Source: a virus. Taken from it: DNA of 64,000 nucleotides. Where the stretch lies: the IMG/VR virus record IMGVR_UViG_3300030419_005541, positions 62,523 through 126,522 of that record; one strand, 5' to 3'. Under the pieces are notes generated by a model that saw only the letters and a program-made list of their open reading frames with translations, searched no databases and was not told the DNA's origin. Position 1 is the stretch's first letter. Every line of letters begins with the position of its first letter. The translations under genes and the position numbers were made by a program. Shown here piece after piece: positions 10,021 to 20,155 of this stretch.

Positions 10021-13000
10021 ATGGCCATTAAAAGAAGAAAAAATAAATTACAAGACCTCGCCGCTTCAGGCATAGTAACAAATAGAGTATCAGGTTCTAT
10101 ACCATTTGAGTATGAAGGACCAAATTCACCTTTATTTACAATATCTGAAATACCTCCTTCTGTACCTCAAGGTAAATCATCATTTCTTATAGCAGGTACC
10201 GAATTACTAAAAAATAGTATAGAAGTCAAGATAGAAATTATTGATAGTGAAGGTGGTGTTATCTACACCGAACCTGTTGCTAATTATCTTGAAGGTAATG
10301 CACGTAGAGTTTCAATAGAAGTCTATGATGATACACCGCCTGGTCCTGCAAATCTTTATGTTTTAGCACAAGTAGACCCTGAAGAATGGGAAGACGAAAC
10401 AGGTACAGATGTAACAAATTTTCCATCACCAAGACCTTTACGAGCAAAAGGTAAACGAAGAAAGAAAAGAAGAAGAGACAGAGAAAAACGTAAACAAATG
10501 AGAGGGATGCCTCGATTTGATGTACCAAGAAGAGGAGGCGGAGGTAGATTTTTTGTAAATCCTAATTTTAGACCACCACCAGGAAACGATACAAGATTTA
10601 GAAGGAGAAGAGGCAGAAGAAGACGAGGTACGACTTCTGATATTTCAGACCAATATAATTTTATACAAAAAGTACAAATGCAAATTGTACCGACTGCTAC
10701 TAATACAGAAAAGATTTTATTTTATCAAGAACCGAGACTTAGAGTATTTGAAGCATTTAAACCATTTGTATCTAATATAGCACCTTCTGCTTCTATAACA
10801 TCAACAGGTTTTGGTATTACAGGAACGGTTATACAAGATACACAAGGTTCAGCTGCTGCTTCTTCGCTCGATACTTTTGGCGCGGCTATAAATACCTTTC
10901 GTAAAAAACGAAAGTTTAGAAAGTTTGCAGTTAAAGGTGGTTTAAGTAAACGTAAAAGAATAACAAGAAGAGCTTCACCTGAAGTAGATAACTATTCTCT
11001 TAATGTAGGAAATAATTTTAATTTTACTTCAGAACACGTAGGAGCAGATTTAACTTTAACAAGTATTTCTGTTGACCAAAATGAATTTCCCGCATCAAGA
11101 TTTAAAGCAGATAGTTCAGGTACAGAAGTAGCTAATTCTACAGCTTCATTTGAAGTACGAAAAGTAAAAAATAGTTTTACTATAATACCTGATAAATCTT
11201 TTCAATTATTTGATAATCAATTATCACAACTTGTTGACGCACCATTAACAAACGCTTCGTTTAGTTTAGAATTTCCAAATCCTGTAACACAATCAATATC
11301 TATTACTAACTTTAGAAGTTATGCAGATGTACGTGTTTCAAACATAAGAACTTTTTCAGGTGATGTTTTTAGAGCAAAGATTTATAGAAAGTCTGAAGAA
11401 AGTATAAGTGACTATGAATTATTTGCAGATTTACCATTAGAATCTTCTGAGTTACTTTTAAATAAGAATGAAGGTACAGGTCTTGAAAGAACAGGATATT
11501 TTGTAACACAATCAGACGCAGTTGATTATTGGGAGGTTAGTCAAAGTTACCAAGGACTAACAGGTCTTGCCGCTACCGCATCTGCTAAATATGATATAGA
11601 TAAAATAATGGATGCTATTCATATTTCAGGTTCTAACTATGAAGAAAATGATTTTGTAAAATTTACACTTAAAAAATCACATTCGTTTATTCTTGAAAAA
11701 GATGTTGATTATGATTTCTCTGCAGAAATATATGGTATAGCTAAACCAAAAATTGTAACACCGGAAGAAGGACCTGCTGTAACAAAGAGTATGGCAGAAA
11801 TGGAAGTTTTTATAAGTGGTTCTAATATTCCTGCACAACAAGGAAACGAACCATTTGGTGCTAAAATTGGTGCGCTAAGAATTAATGATGGTTCTTTAGA
11901 AAAAGATTTTGGAATAGTTACAGGTGATTTTGAATCAACTGCAAATAGTTCAAATTGTATTATAACATTTAAAGTAAATGCGGGTCAATTTTATTTATCT
12001 GATTTAAGTATAAGACCTGCAACTGAAACAGGTTTCTCTCCTGACTTATTTACGTTTCAAGCACCGATGCCTGAAAACGAACAACGACCTGAAACATATG
12101 AATTTTTAGCAGAGTTCTATGATGTAAATAATAATCAAGCAGACGCTTTTGCATTTACACCATCAGGTTCAGTATTTCAAGGTAGTAATATGGTTATTGG
12201 TGGTGGCGATAACGTTATGGAAAGTAACTTATTCATTGGAGGAGAAACTACTGCGAGTGGTATGCACTTAGGTGGTGTTAAATCAACGGTACCTGAACAA
12301 GGTGGAGTATCAGGCGCTGAAGGTTCTGCATTTATGCGTTCAGTTGGTTACACAGGATTCACAAGTGCATCAGTAGCAGGTAAAGGCGGTAAGCCTGGTT
12401 TTATGTTCTATAGTGGTTCTATATTACCGAGTAGTGGCGATAACTATAAAGGTGTGGGACTTGAGTTAGTTGGTGAAAGTGGTTCATTACGATTTGGTAC
12501 AAATCCAAGTAGATTTGAAGTTAAAGCAGATGCGTTCTTTGTTGGAAGACGACATCAAGATTCTTCAACAGGTATAGGACAATTTATATCAGGTGCGCTT
12601 GGTAACGTAGAAATAAGTTCAAGTAACTTTCATTTAACACGAGCCGGTGATGTTACGATGCAAGGAACTATAACTGCTACCGCAGGTGCTATAGGTGGTT
12701 TTGGTATTTCTGCACAAACGATAAGTAGTTCTAATAATAATTTAATATTAAGAAGTACAGGAGAAATAACAGGTTCAGAAGTTTTATTTACAGGCGGTAA
12801 GATAGCTTCGTTTGAAATATCTGATAGCGTATTAAAAAACGGAAATAATTTTTTTATAAGTGGTTCTGCTACAGGAAATAAATTTTTCATATCATCATCA
12901 AACTTTAATGTTAAAGCAAGTGGTGATGTAACAGGTTCAAACGTTTTATTTGAAGGCGGTACGATTGGTGGACTCACAATAGCAGGTGATAATTTATCTG

Positions 13001-16000
13001 CAGGTACAAGTTATAAAATTTCTTCTTCTCAAGATGTTAATGATGACGTTTCATTTATATCATCTTCTGAATTTAAAGTTTCTGCAGATGGTAGAATAAC
13101 AGGTTCACAAGTTAAGTTTGATGGCGGAACTATAGCAGGATGGAATATAAACTCAGACAATTTACAAGGTGGTAGTTTAATTCTTAGTAAAGATGGTTCT
13201 ATGCGTTCTTCAAATTATGTTACTGATTTTTCAGGTTGGATAATATCTGCTGAAGATAATGGATTTGCAGAATTTGAAAACGTTAAAGTAAGAGGTACAC
13301 TCGCAACAACTACATTTGAAAAAGAAACCGTAAATGCTGTTGGTGGACAATTATTTGTAGCTAATTCTACTACTATAACAGGTTCAGCAGTAGGAGCTTC
13401 TGACACTACAATGAGTGTTGAGAATATGTCCGGATTTGCTAATGGTGAAGTTTTAATTGCAAAGAAAGTAACTAATACAGGATTTACTACAGAGTACATA
13501 AAAGTTAATAGTGCTTCTTTTGATGGTGATGTATCTAAAGATGAATTTTATGGTAGAATTATGGTTGACAGAGGTATTGGTCAATCACCACCCGCAGGAA
13601 CTGATAGTGGTTCAGTAGGTGATACACCAGGAGCCGGAGTAGCTTATGAACCAGGTCAAGTATTAGCATCAACAGGAAAAATAGGTACAGGATACATACG
13701 AATAAATGCTAATCCAAATAATTCAGCTACTCCATATATTGATATAGTAGAAAGAACAGGTTCAGGTCCTTATGATGTTGAGTTAAAAGCAAGACTCGGT
13801 GACTTGAGTGGTGTAGCAGGTACACGAAATGTTCCTCTAAACTTTGATGGTTTTGGATTGATGAGTGAAGTTGCTTTCTTATCAGGTTCTCAAATAAAAT
13901 TAGAAGCACCTGCATTTATACTTGGTGACCAAAATAAAACTTTTGTAAGTGGTTCTGAAGGTAACATAGAAATAAGTTCATCTGCATTTCATTTGAAACA
14001 AGATGGTCAATTATTATTTGGAGATAAAGCCGGAAACAAATACATTGAATGGGATAATTCAAATCTTGTCGTTAGAGGAGATTTATCAGTAGATAATATA
14101 CAAACACCTGCGCAAATAGAAAATTCACCGTCTACATTAGCAAATGCGTCTGCTTCTATTACATCACAAGGTTTTGCAAAATTTGCTTCAGCATCAATAG
14201 CAGGATTTGAAATTTCACCAACAGAGATAGCTTCTTCAAATCAAAATATTAGAATGAAAGCCGCAGGAAATATGACAGCATCTGCAGTTGATGTTAAAGG
14301 TGATATAAAAGCAAACACAGGATTTTTGCAAGACATATCTGTTTCAGGTGTAAGAATACCTCCTGAAAATGAGACTACAGAATTAAGACACGATTTCAGC
14401 CAAGCCGCATCTGCAGAAAATTTTGGACCACGTTCTTCATCTCTCGGAAATGTACACGATGATGTTGCAACAGGTAGACCATATGCTGTTGAAAATTGGT
14501 GGAGCGGAGATGACACAACAGCGCAAGGAGGAGACGGAACTACAAGATTGATTCCAAACACTACAGGAAGACCGCACGAAGATTTTTCTAATTGGGGTTG
14601 GAAATTTAAATTATGTAGATATACGAATAAAAGCATCGCGGGCGCTATAGGCTCAGATAGCAATGCGAATGACCCGGGTTGGGAATTATTAGAATCTGTG
14701 CAACAGAGTGGCGCATATAAATGGTCTGAATTAAATGATTTAGGTTTTAGTCTATCTTGGGGCCACACATTAGCATCACCCGGATATGACGGCCCAAAAG
14801 ATGAAGCCGGAAACACCGTTTCATCAGTAGGGATAGCATATTATCCCCAAGACAGGTACCCAGGTCCAACAGATAGTGCAGTTTGGAATAAATCTACAGG
14901 TGTGTCAAACGTTAATCATCGTATACCTCCTATAGTAGGCGGTACAGCTACATCTTTATTTGACCCTGAATCAAGATTTGTAGGATTTGATAATTATCCA
15001 CAAAATAGTTTTAATATTCATCCTGATTCAGGTAGTTCAAACTTTTCACCTGTATTCTGTTTCTATACAGGAAGTGGACTCATATCTACATATCTCGACC
15101 AAGATGGCGGAAATCAAATCATAGCTAACGGTGATTTAGGTACCGGCGGTACAACTCACGATGCTATACATCATTGTACTTTTATAAGTCCGATGATAGA
15201 ACAACAAGAATTTCTATCTGATGGGGCGACTATAGAATTGCACGGAGCTCCTTTAATAAAATATACAGGTGTTTCTAACGTCAGTACTATGACACGAGAC
15301 CAATATGAAAGATACATAGCTACCTCTGAAGTAACGTTTGAAATGCTAATTGTAGAAAGAATATATACAGGTTCCGGTTATACGGCCCATAAGAGGGGTA
15401 TTGTTTCAAAGCCACTTTTACCAAACTCTTATCAGTATTCTGATGGAGATACAGCAGACCATTGGTCCGGTCAAACATCAGGTCATCTATTTTTTGGATG
15501 GACTAAGCTAAGTATGGATTTAACTGAAATTTTAAAAACCGAATTTACCTCCAATAGTAATAGATTTCAAATAGTTATTAATTTTTCATTTGAATTTGAT
15601 AAAGGTCCTATGCAAGATGCAGGTTATGCTTGGGATAATTTACCTAACGGACTCAAAGGTTTCGCTATGTCGGAACTCAGAATTACAAAAAATGTAAATA
15701 CTTCTACTTCTTGGGAGATAGCTAATGTAAAAGGCGCTAATTCTGTATCAGCAGGAAATTCTATTCATCTTGGAACTGATGATAGCTCCGGATTTAACTT
15801 TAGAGCATACTATTCTACAAAAGGGAATCCTTCAACAAGTAAATATTTTAACATCACCTCAGGTGGTTCATCTACAACAATAGGTAGTGAGAATATGGTA
15901 GCAGGAAGCTCAACCGGACAAGTATACCACAATGATGTAGCTAGGATTCTCTTTTCACCAAACGGCAATCCTGATTTAGGTTCCTATAGATGGTCATTGT

Positions 16001-16620
16001 CTGCAATCCAAAACTCTGGTATGATTCGATGGCAAGGACCTCATACTCATACCAATCCAAGTTCCGTAAATGATTATCTCACTTTTATAACAGCAGATTA
16101 TCCGGTATATGTAAATTCTGCAAAAGGCGCAACTTATGTTAATGCACAAATGGCAGATTTAGATTTTATAGCCAGCGGGGATGGAGAGCGATTTCTTTTA
16201 AATGTTGATGCTTCAACAGATAGAGTTGGAATAAAAACTGAAGAACCTGCGTATGTATTAGATGTAACAGGTGCTATACGGGCTACGGCAAATATCACAG
16301 CATATTCAGATATAAGAATAAAAGAAAATATAAGACCAATCGAAGATGCGTTGTTTAAAGTTACTCAACTCGAAGGTGTAACTTATGATAGAAAAGATGA
16401 AGATGAGATAGAAGATATTAACGGTAAACAAATGGGTTTAATAGCACAACAAGTAGAACCTATTGTACCTGAAGTTGTTGAAATTGATAAAGAAGGTATG
16501 TATAATCTAAGTTATGGAAATTTAGCCGGACTATTTGTAGAATCCATAAAAGAATTAAAACAAGAAGTAGATGATTTGAAGAAAGAAATTCAGGAGTTAA
16601 AGAATGGCAATTCCAAGTAG
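10021..16620 (+). CDS. Large tail fibre/spike protein with C-terminal peptidase S74 intramolecular chaperone
   Basis: 2199 aa with repeated 'G.I(A/G)G(F/W).I' and 'SSS.F.V..G..TGS' beta-repeats. It ends 'LDVTGAIRATANITAY-SDIRIKENI...GLIAQQVE.IVPEVV' plus a coiled coil. Confidence 0.8.
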   Translation: MAIKRRKNKLQDLAASGIVTNRVSGSIPFEYEGPNSPLFTISEIPPSVPQGKSSFLIAGTELLKNSIEVKIEIIDSEGGVIYTEPVANYLEGNARRVSIEVYDDTPPGPANLYVLAQVDPEEWEDETGTDVTNFPSPRPLRAKGKRRKKRRRDREKRKQMRGMPRFDVPRRGGGGRFFVNPNFRPPPGNDTRFRRRRGRRRRGTTSDISDQYNFIQKVQMQIVPTATNTEKILFYQEPRLRVFEAFKPFVSNIAPSASITSTGFGITGTVIQDTQGSAAASSLDTFGAAINTFRKKRKFRKFAVKGGLSKRKRITRRASPEVDNYSLNVGNNFNFTSEHVGADLTLTSISVDQNEFPASRFKADSSGTEVANSTASFEVRKVKNSFTIIPDKSFQLFDNQLSQLVDAPLTNASFSLEFPNPVTQSISITNFRSYADVRVSNIRTFSGDVFRAKIYRKSEESISDYELFADLPLESSELLLNKNEGTGLERTGYFVTQSDAVDYWEVSQSYQGLTGLAATASAKYDIDKIMDAIHISGSNYEENDFVKFTLKKSHSFILEKDVDYDFSAEIYGIAKPKIVTPEEGPAVTKSMAEMEVFISGSNIPAQQGNEPFGAKIGALRINDGSLEKDFGIVTGDFESTANSSNCIITFKVNAGQFYLSDLSIRPATETGFSPDLFTFQAPMPENEQRPETYEFLAEFYDVNNNQADAFAFTPSGSVFQGSNMVIGGGDNVMESNLFIGGETTASGMHLGGVKSTVPEQGGVSGAEGSAFMRSVGYTGFTSASVAGKGGKPGFMFYSGSILPSSGDNYKGVGLELVGESGSLRFGTNPSRFEVKADAFFVGRRHQDSSTGIGQFISGALGNVEISSSNFHLTRAGDVTMQGTITATAGAIGGFGISAQTISSSNNNLILRSTGEITGSEVLFTGGKIASFEISDSVLKNGNNFFISGSATGNKFFISSSNFNVKASGDVTGSNVLFEGGTIGGLTIAGDNLSAGTSYKISSSQDVNDDVSFISSSEFKVSADGRITGSQVKFDGGTIAGWNINSDNLQGGSLILSKDGSMRSSNYVTDFSGWIISAEDNGFAEFENVKVRGTLATTTFEKETVNAVGGQLFVANSTTITGSAVGASDTTMSVENMSGFANGEVLIAKKVTNTGFTTEYIKVNSASFDGDVSKDEFYGRIMVDRGIGQSPPAGTDSGSVGDTPGAGVAYEPGQVLASTGKIGTGYIRINANPNNSATPYIDIVERTGSGPYDVELKARLGDLSGVAGTRNVPLNFDGFGLMSEVAFLSGSQIKLEAPAFILGDQNKTFVSGSEGNIEISSSAFHLKQDGQLLFGDKAGNKYIEWDNSNLVVRGDLSVDNIQTPAQIENSPSTLANASASITSQGFAKFASASIAGFEISPTEIASSNQNIRMKAAGNMTASAVDVKGDIKANTGFLQDISVSGVRIPPENETTELRHDFSQAASAENFGPRSSSLGNVHDDVATGRPYAVENWWSGDDTTAQGGDGTTRLIPNTTGRPHEDFSNWGWKFKLCRYTNKSIAGAIGSDSNANDPGWELLESVQQSGAYKWSELNDLGFSLSWGHTLASPGYDGPKDEAGNTVSSVGIAYYPQDRYPGPTDSAVWNKSTGVSNVNHRIPPIVGGTATSLFDPESRFVGFDNYPQNSFNIHPDSGSSNFSPVFCFYTGSGLISTYLDQDGGNQIIANGDLGTGGTTHDAIHHCTFISPMIEQQEFLSDGATIELHGAPLIKYTGVSNVSTMTRDQYERYIATSEVTFEMLIVERIYTGSGYTAHKRGIVSKPLLPNSYQYSDGDTADHWSGQTSGHLFFGWTKLSMDLTEILKTEFTSNSNRFQIVINFSFEFDKGPMQDAGYAWDNLPNGLKGFAMSELRITKNVNTSTSWEIANVKGANSVSAGNSIHLGTDDSSGFNFRAYYSTKGNPSTSKYFNITSGGSSTTIGSENMVAGSSTGQVYHNDVARILFSPNGNPDLGSYRWSLSAIQNSGMIRWQGPHTHTNPSSVNDYLTFITADYPVYVNSAKGATYVNAQMADLDFIASGDGERFLLNVDASTDRVGIKTEEPAYVLDVTGAIRATANITAYSDIRIKENIRPIEDALFKVTQLEGVTYDRKDEDEIEDINGKQMGLIAQQVEPIVPEVVEIDKEGMYNLSYGNLAGLFVESIKELKQEVDDLKKEIQELKNGNSK

Positions 16621-17692
16621 CGGTGAGTTAACAATGGGAAATATAAACGGAGAACATACTACAGGTAATTATAGTACTTTAGTTGAAACTACGGTTGATT
16701 TACAAGCTTTATCTACAGAAGCAGCTGCTACTTGGGATGATGGTCCTGATGGTTCTGAACCACACGCGATGGGTGAATTTTATAGTTTATCTAAATCAGG
16801 TTGTTTTGTAAAAGGAACTAAAGTATTGATGGCAGACAATACCACTAAAAACATAGAAGATGTAGTTGTTGGAGATGTAGTTCAAACTATTGATAGCAAT
16901 CAAAAAGTAAAAAAAGTACTTTCACATCCTGCTACTAATAGATTGTATAGTATAAATGGAAGTGTTGGATTTGTTACAAGTAATCATCCATTTTATACAA
17001 AAAATGGTTGGAAGATAATTGATATAGAAGCGCGTGATGAGAGACAGCATTATGTTGAAAAACAACCTTTGACTATTGGTGATTTTGTAAGAACAGATAA
17101 GGGTTGGGTAGAGATAACAAGTATCATTTGTGAAAGAGACGGGAATTCTGATGAATTGTTTTATAACCTATCTATTGAAAACACAAAATCATATTATGCG
17201 GATGGATTTTTAGTACATAATAAATGTTTTGTCGGTAATACATTAATTAATATGGCAGACGGAACACAGAAGACAATAGATAAAATTGTTGTAGGAGATA
17301 TGGTAGATACTATTTCAGGTTCACAAGAAGTGACACGAGTAGAATCGCCAACACATAATAATCTTGTAGAGTATGTTACTGAGAGACATATAACAAGATG
17401 TACAGACGACCATCCTTTTTGGTCTTATGATAAACAAAGTTGGGTTTCTAATAATCCCTCTGCTTCAATTTCATCATACGGAATTTCTTGTGAACAGGTT
17501 ACTACAGGTTCGTTTTTTCAATTACCTGGAATAGGACCATATGCGGCAAATAATTCCCCAGGTTTAGATAATTTTCCCTTTTATACGTTATATAAAATTA
17601 ATGATGTTACAGGTTCATTTCAAACTTATACTTTTAGTACAGATTCTCAAACCTATTATGCTGATAATAAATTAGTACATAGTGAGATTTAA
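16604..17692 (+). CDS. Fibre-associated protein with two tandem Hint (intein-like) domains
   Basis: Hint 1 is CFVKGTKVLMAD...T..HPF...YYADGFLVHN. Hint 2 is CFVGNTLINMADG...T.DHPF...YYADNKLVHS. The N-terminus is MAIPSSG. Confidence 0.8.
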   Translation: MAIPSSGELTMGNINGEHTTGNYSTLVETTVDLQALSTEAAATWDDGPDGSEPHAMGEFYSLSKSGCFVKGTKVLMADNTTKNIEDVVVGDVVQTIDSNQKVKKVLSHPATNRLYSINGSVGFVTSNHPFYTKNGWKIIDIEARDERQHYVEKQPLTIGDFVRTDKGWVEITSIICERDGNSDELFYNLSIENTKSYYADGFLVHNKCFVGNTLINMADGTQKTIDKIVVGDMVDTISGSQEVTRVESPTHNNLVEYVTERHITRCTDDHPFWSYDKQSWVSNNPSASISSYGISCEQVTTGSFFQLPGIGPYAANNSPGLDNFPFYTLYKINDVTGSFQTYTFSTDSQTYYADNKLVHSEI

Positions 17693-17706
17693 TTTAGGAG
17701 AAAACA

Positions 17707-18183
17707 ATGTTAGTAGAATTTAAAGAAATAATAGAAGCAGTATTACATCACGAAGGTGGATACGTAAACGACCCTAAAGACCCGGGTGGTGAAACTAAAT
17801 ATGGTGTATCTCGTAAGGCATATCCTGATTTAGACATAAAAAACTTAACTTTAGACGATGCGGTTGATATTTATAAGAGAGACTATTGGGACAAGGCTAA
17901 AGTTGAAAAACTAAAGCCGGACCTAAGACACATATATTTCGATATGGTAGTAAATATGGGGCGTAGTCGAGCTGTAAAAGTTTTACAGCAAACAGCCAAC
18001 TCAAAGGGGAGGACCCTAAAAATCGATGGTGGTCTCGGACCAAAAACCCTCGAGGCTCTACAAGACGTAAAGTTGGAACGAGCAAGATGTTACAGAGTGA
18101 AATATTATTGTGATTTAGTCTCAAGAAAACCGGATTTAGAAAAATTCTTGTACGGATGGTTTCGCCGAAGTCTTGAAGTATAA
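17707..18183 (+). CDS. Glycoside hydrolase family 108 lysozyme with C-terminal peptidoglycan-binding region
   Basis: 'HEGGYVNDPKDPGGETKYG', 'FDMVVNMG', 'DGGLGPKT' and 'F..GW.RR'. Confidence 0.9.
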   Translation: MLVEFKEIIEAVLHHEGGYVNDPKDPGGETKYGVSRKAYPDLDIKNLTLDDAVDIYKRDYWDKAKVEKLKPDLRHIYFDMVVNMGRSRAVKVLQQTANSKGRTLKIDGGLGPKTLEALQDVKLERARCYRVKYYCDLVSRKPDLEKFLYGWFRRSLEV

Positions 18184-18231
18184 TTTCACACCCTTATATT
18201 TATTATTGTGTAACAAGATATTGGTATATTT

Positions 18232-19122
18232 ATGGTTAAATTAAAAGAACTAATAGAAGCGACTAAATCAGATAATAGTCCTGGACCTAAAGGATATGCT
18301 CCTTTTGTAACACCTGAAAAATTCAAACAATATAAAGCATACCTCAAACGTATTTTTGAGACAAGTGGTATGAAGTTGATTAATGAAGGTGTTGATGATA
18401 AAGGTATTTTGAAAGCAATCTTTTTAGCAGGTGGTCCTGGCTCAGGTAAAACTTGGGTTACACGAGGATTATATGGTATACCAAGTAAAATGAACTTTTC
18501 TGTTGGTGGTCTTAAACTTGTCAATCAAGATACTGAATTAGAATTTTTATTAAAGAAGTATTTCGGAACTACTGATTTAGATAATATGCCTGAAGAATTA
18601 TTTGCAGATATAACAGGTGTAGACTTCAAAGGTAAAGAAGTTGATATGAATAGTGGTATGAGAGCATACGCTAAATCATTAACTAAAGCAAGAATGGAAA
18701 GTTATGTTCGTGGTCGTTTAGGAGTTATCGTAGATGGTACAGGACACAAATATCAATCTATAGCAGGAAAAAAACAAAAGATGGAAGATTTAGGATATGA
18801 TTGTTATATGGTATTTGTCAATACATCTTTAGAAATAGCACTACAAAGAAACTCTGAAAGAGATAGAGTAGTACCTGAAAAAATTGTACGTGATAGTTGG
18901 CACGATGTTCAACAAAACTTAGGTGGATTTCAAAGATTATTTGGTCGTAACTTTTTAATTGTTGACAATAGTAAGACACTTGATGAAGACGAAGCACAGA
19001 AAAAATTTGATTCATTAGTAAAACAAGGTGTAAACAAATTTATGAAAGCACCTGTTAAAAATAGAATTGGTATTAATTGGATAAAAAGAGCGAGACTACT
19101 AAAAAAACAGGGAATAAAATGA
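18232..19122 (+). CDS. P-loop kinase, zeta-toxin/AAA_33-like
   Basis: 'FLAGGPGSGKT', 'VNQD', 'IVDGTG' and 'ALQRN..R.R.VP'. The N-terminus is MVKLKELIE. Confidence 0.7.
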   Translation: MVKLKELIEATKSDNSPGPKGYAPFVTPEKFKQYKAYLKRIFETSGMKLINEGVDDKGILKAIFLAGGPGSGKTWVTRGLYGIPSKMNFSVGGLKLVNQDTELEFLLKKYFGTTDLDNMPEELFADITGVDFKGKEVDMNSGMRAYAKSLTKARMESYVRGRLGVIVDGTGHKYQSIAGKKQKMEDLGYDCYMVFVNTSLEIALQRNSERDRVVPEKIVRDSWHDVQQNLGGFQRLFGRNFLIVDNSKTLDEDEAQKKFDSLVKQGVNKFMKAPVKNRIGINWIKRARLLKKQGIK

Positions 19123-19466
19123 CACGTAATGAAGCAATACAATTAATTAAACAAAATCTTTGTATTGAATGTGGACATCCTGTAAACGAAGATTTAAGAA
19201 AATGGTTCAAACAGAAATGGGTGAACATTGGTAAAAAAGATAAATCAGGAAAACATCCTGAATGTGGAACGAGCGGCGAGAAACGTGGATACGCTAAATG
19301 TGTACCAGCAAGTAAAGCAGCTTCGATGAGTAAGAAAGAAAAAGAAAGTGCAACACGTAGAAAACGAGCAGCACAAAATAAAGCAAACAGAGGTGGTAGA
19401 GGAAAAAAAGGTGCTGGTGCGCAAGGTAAAAAACCAATAAGAGTTTCTACTAAACCAAAGAAGTGA
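19119..19466 (+). CDS. Basic hypothetical phage protein
   Basis: The ATG at 19119 overlaps the previous stop (ATGA). It carries the module 'VNEDLRKWFKQKW...KCVPASKA'. Confidence 0.55.
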   Translation: MTRNEAIQLIKQNLCIECGHPVNEDLRKWFKQKWVNIGKKDKSGKHPECGTSGEKRGYAKCVPASKAASMSKKEKESATRRKRAAQNKANRGGRGKKGAGAQGKKPIRVSTKPKK

Positions 19467-20149
19467 TGGCTGATTTAGTTTTACCAAGAGGAAAAACAAA
19501 AGTTTTAAAAGCAGAAGACAAAGACTACGAAAGAGGTATGTTAGTCAAACTGCTTGATGATGGTGGATACAAAATGGCATATTGGTATGAAAAACCTGAC
19601 AAAGCGTATCCTGTTGAAATAATAGTAGATGGTAAAAGTATAAAAAAAGATGGAAAAGTAGTAGAAATGAAATTTCACCCAAAAGATTATTATAAACAAA
19701 ATGAGGAAACTGATATGAACGAAGCGAGGGGAACTTGTTGGGTAGGATATAAACAAGTTGGTATGAAAAAGAAAGGTGATAAAATGGTTCCTAATTGTGT
19801 AGCTGAAATCTACTATGAAAATACTATTGGCGAAGGGTATGGATATACTTTTGAGTTTGACGGACAGCCATTACAAGAAGCAGAATATCAAGGTCGTAAA
19901 GTTAAACTTGGCAAAATTATGCAAGGCACTCAAAAGAAATTTAGAGTATATGTAAAGAACGATAAAGGAAACGTAGTACAGGTTCATTTTGGTCAAGGTG
20001 GAAAAGCAGGTAAGAAAAAAGGTGGAGAAGGAACAATGAAAATCCGTAAATCTAATCCCGATGCTAGGAAATCATTTAGAGCAAGACATAATTGTGATAA
20101 CCCAGGTCCACGTTGGAAAGCTCGGTATTGGTCTTGTAGAAAGTGGTAA
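19466..20149 (+). CDS. Modular basic hypothetical protein
   Basis: Modules 'CWVGYKQVGMKKKGDKMVPNCV' and 'AEYQGRKVKL...RKSFRARHNC...RYWSCRKW' each follow a Glu-Ala boundary (MNEA, LQEA). Confidence 0.55.
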   Translation: MADLVLPRGKTKVLKAEDKDYERGMLVKLLDDGGYKMAYWYEKPDKAYPVEIIVDGKSIKKDGKVVEMKFHPKDYYKQNEETDMNEARGTCWVGYKQVGMKKKGDKMVPNCVAEIYYENTIGEGYGYTFEFDGQPLQEAEYQGRKVKLGKIMQGTQKKFRVYVKNDKGNVVQVHFGQGGKAGKKKGGEGTMKIRKSNPDARKSFRARHNCDNPGPRWKARYWSCRKW

Positions 20150-20155
20150 CCCACT

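Noticed and set aside
16802-17689. Mobile homing intein
   Set aside because: There is no endonuclease domain, no conserved host protein is interrupted, and there is no +1 nucleophile after HN.
10021-17692. Diversity-generating retroelement targeting the fibre
   Set aside because: No reverse transcriptase and no adenine-variant TR/VR repeat pair was seen in the window.
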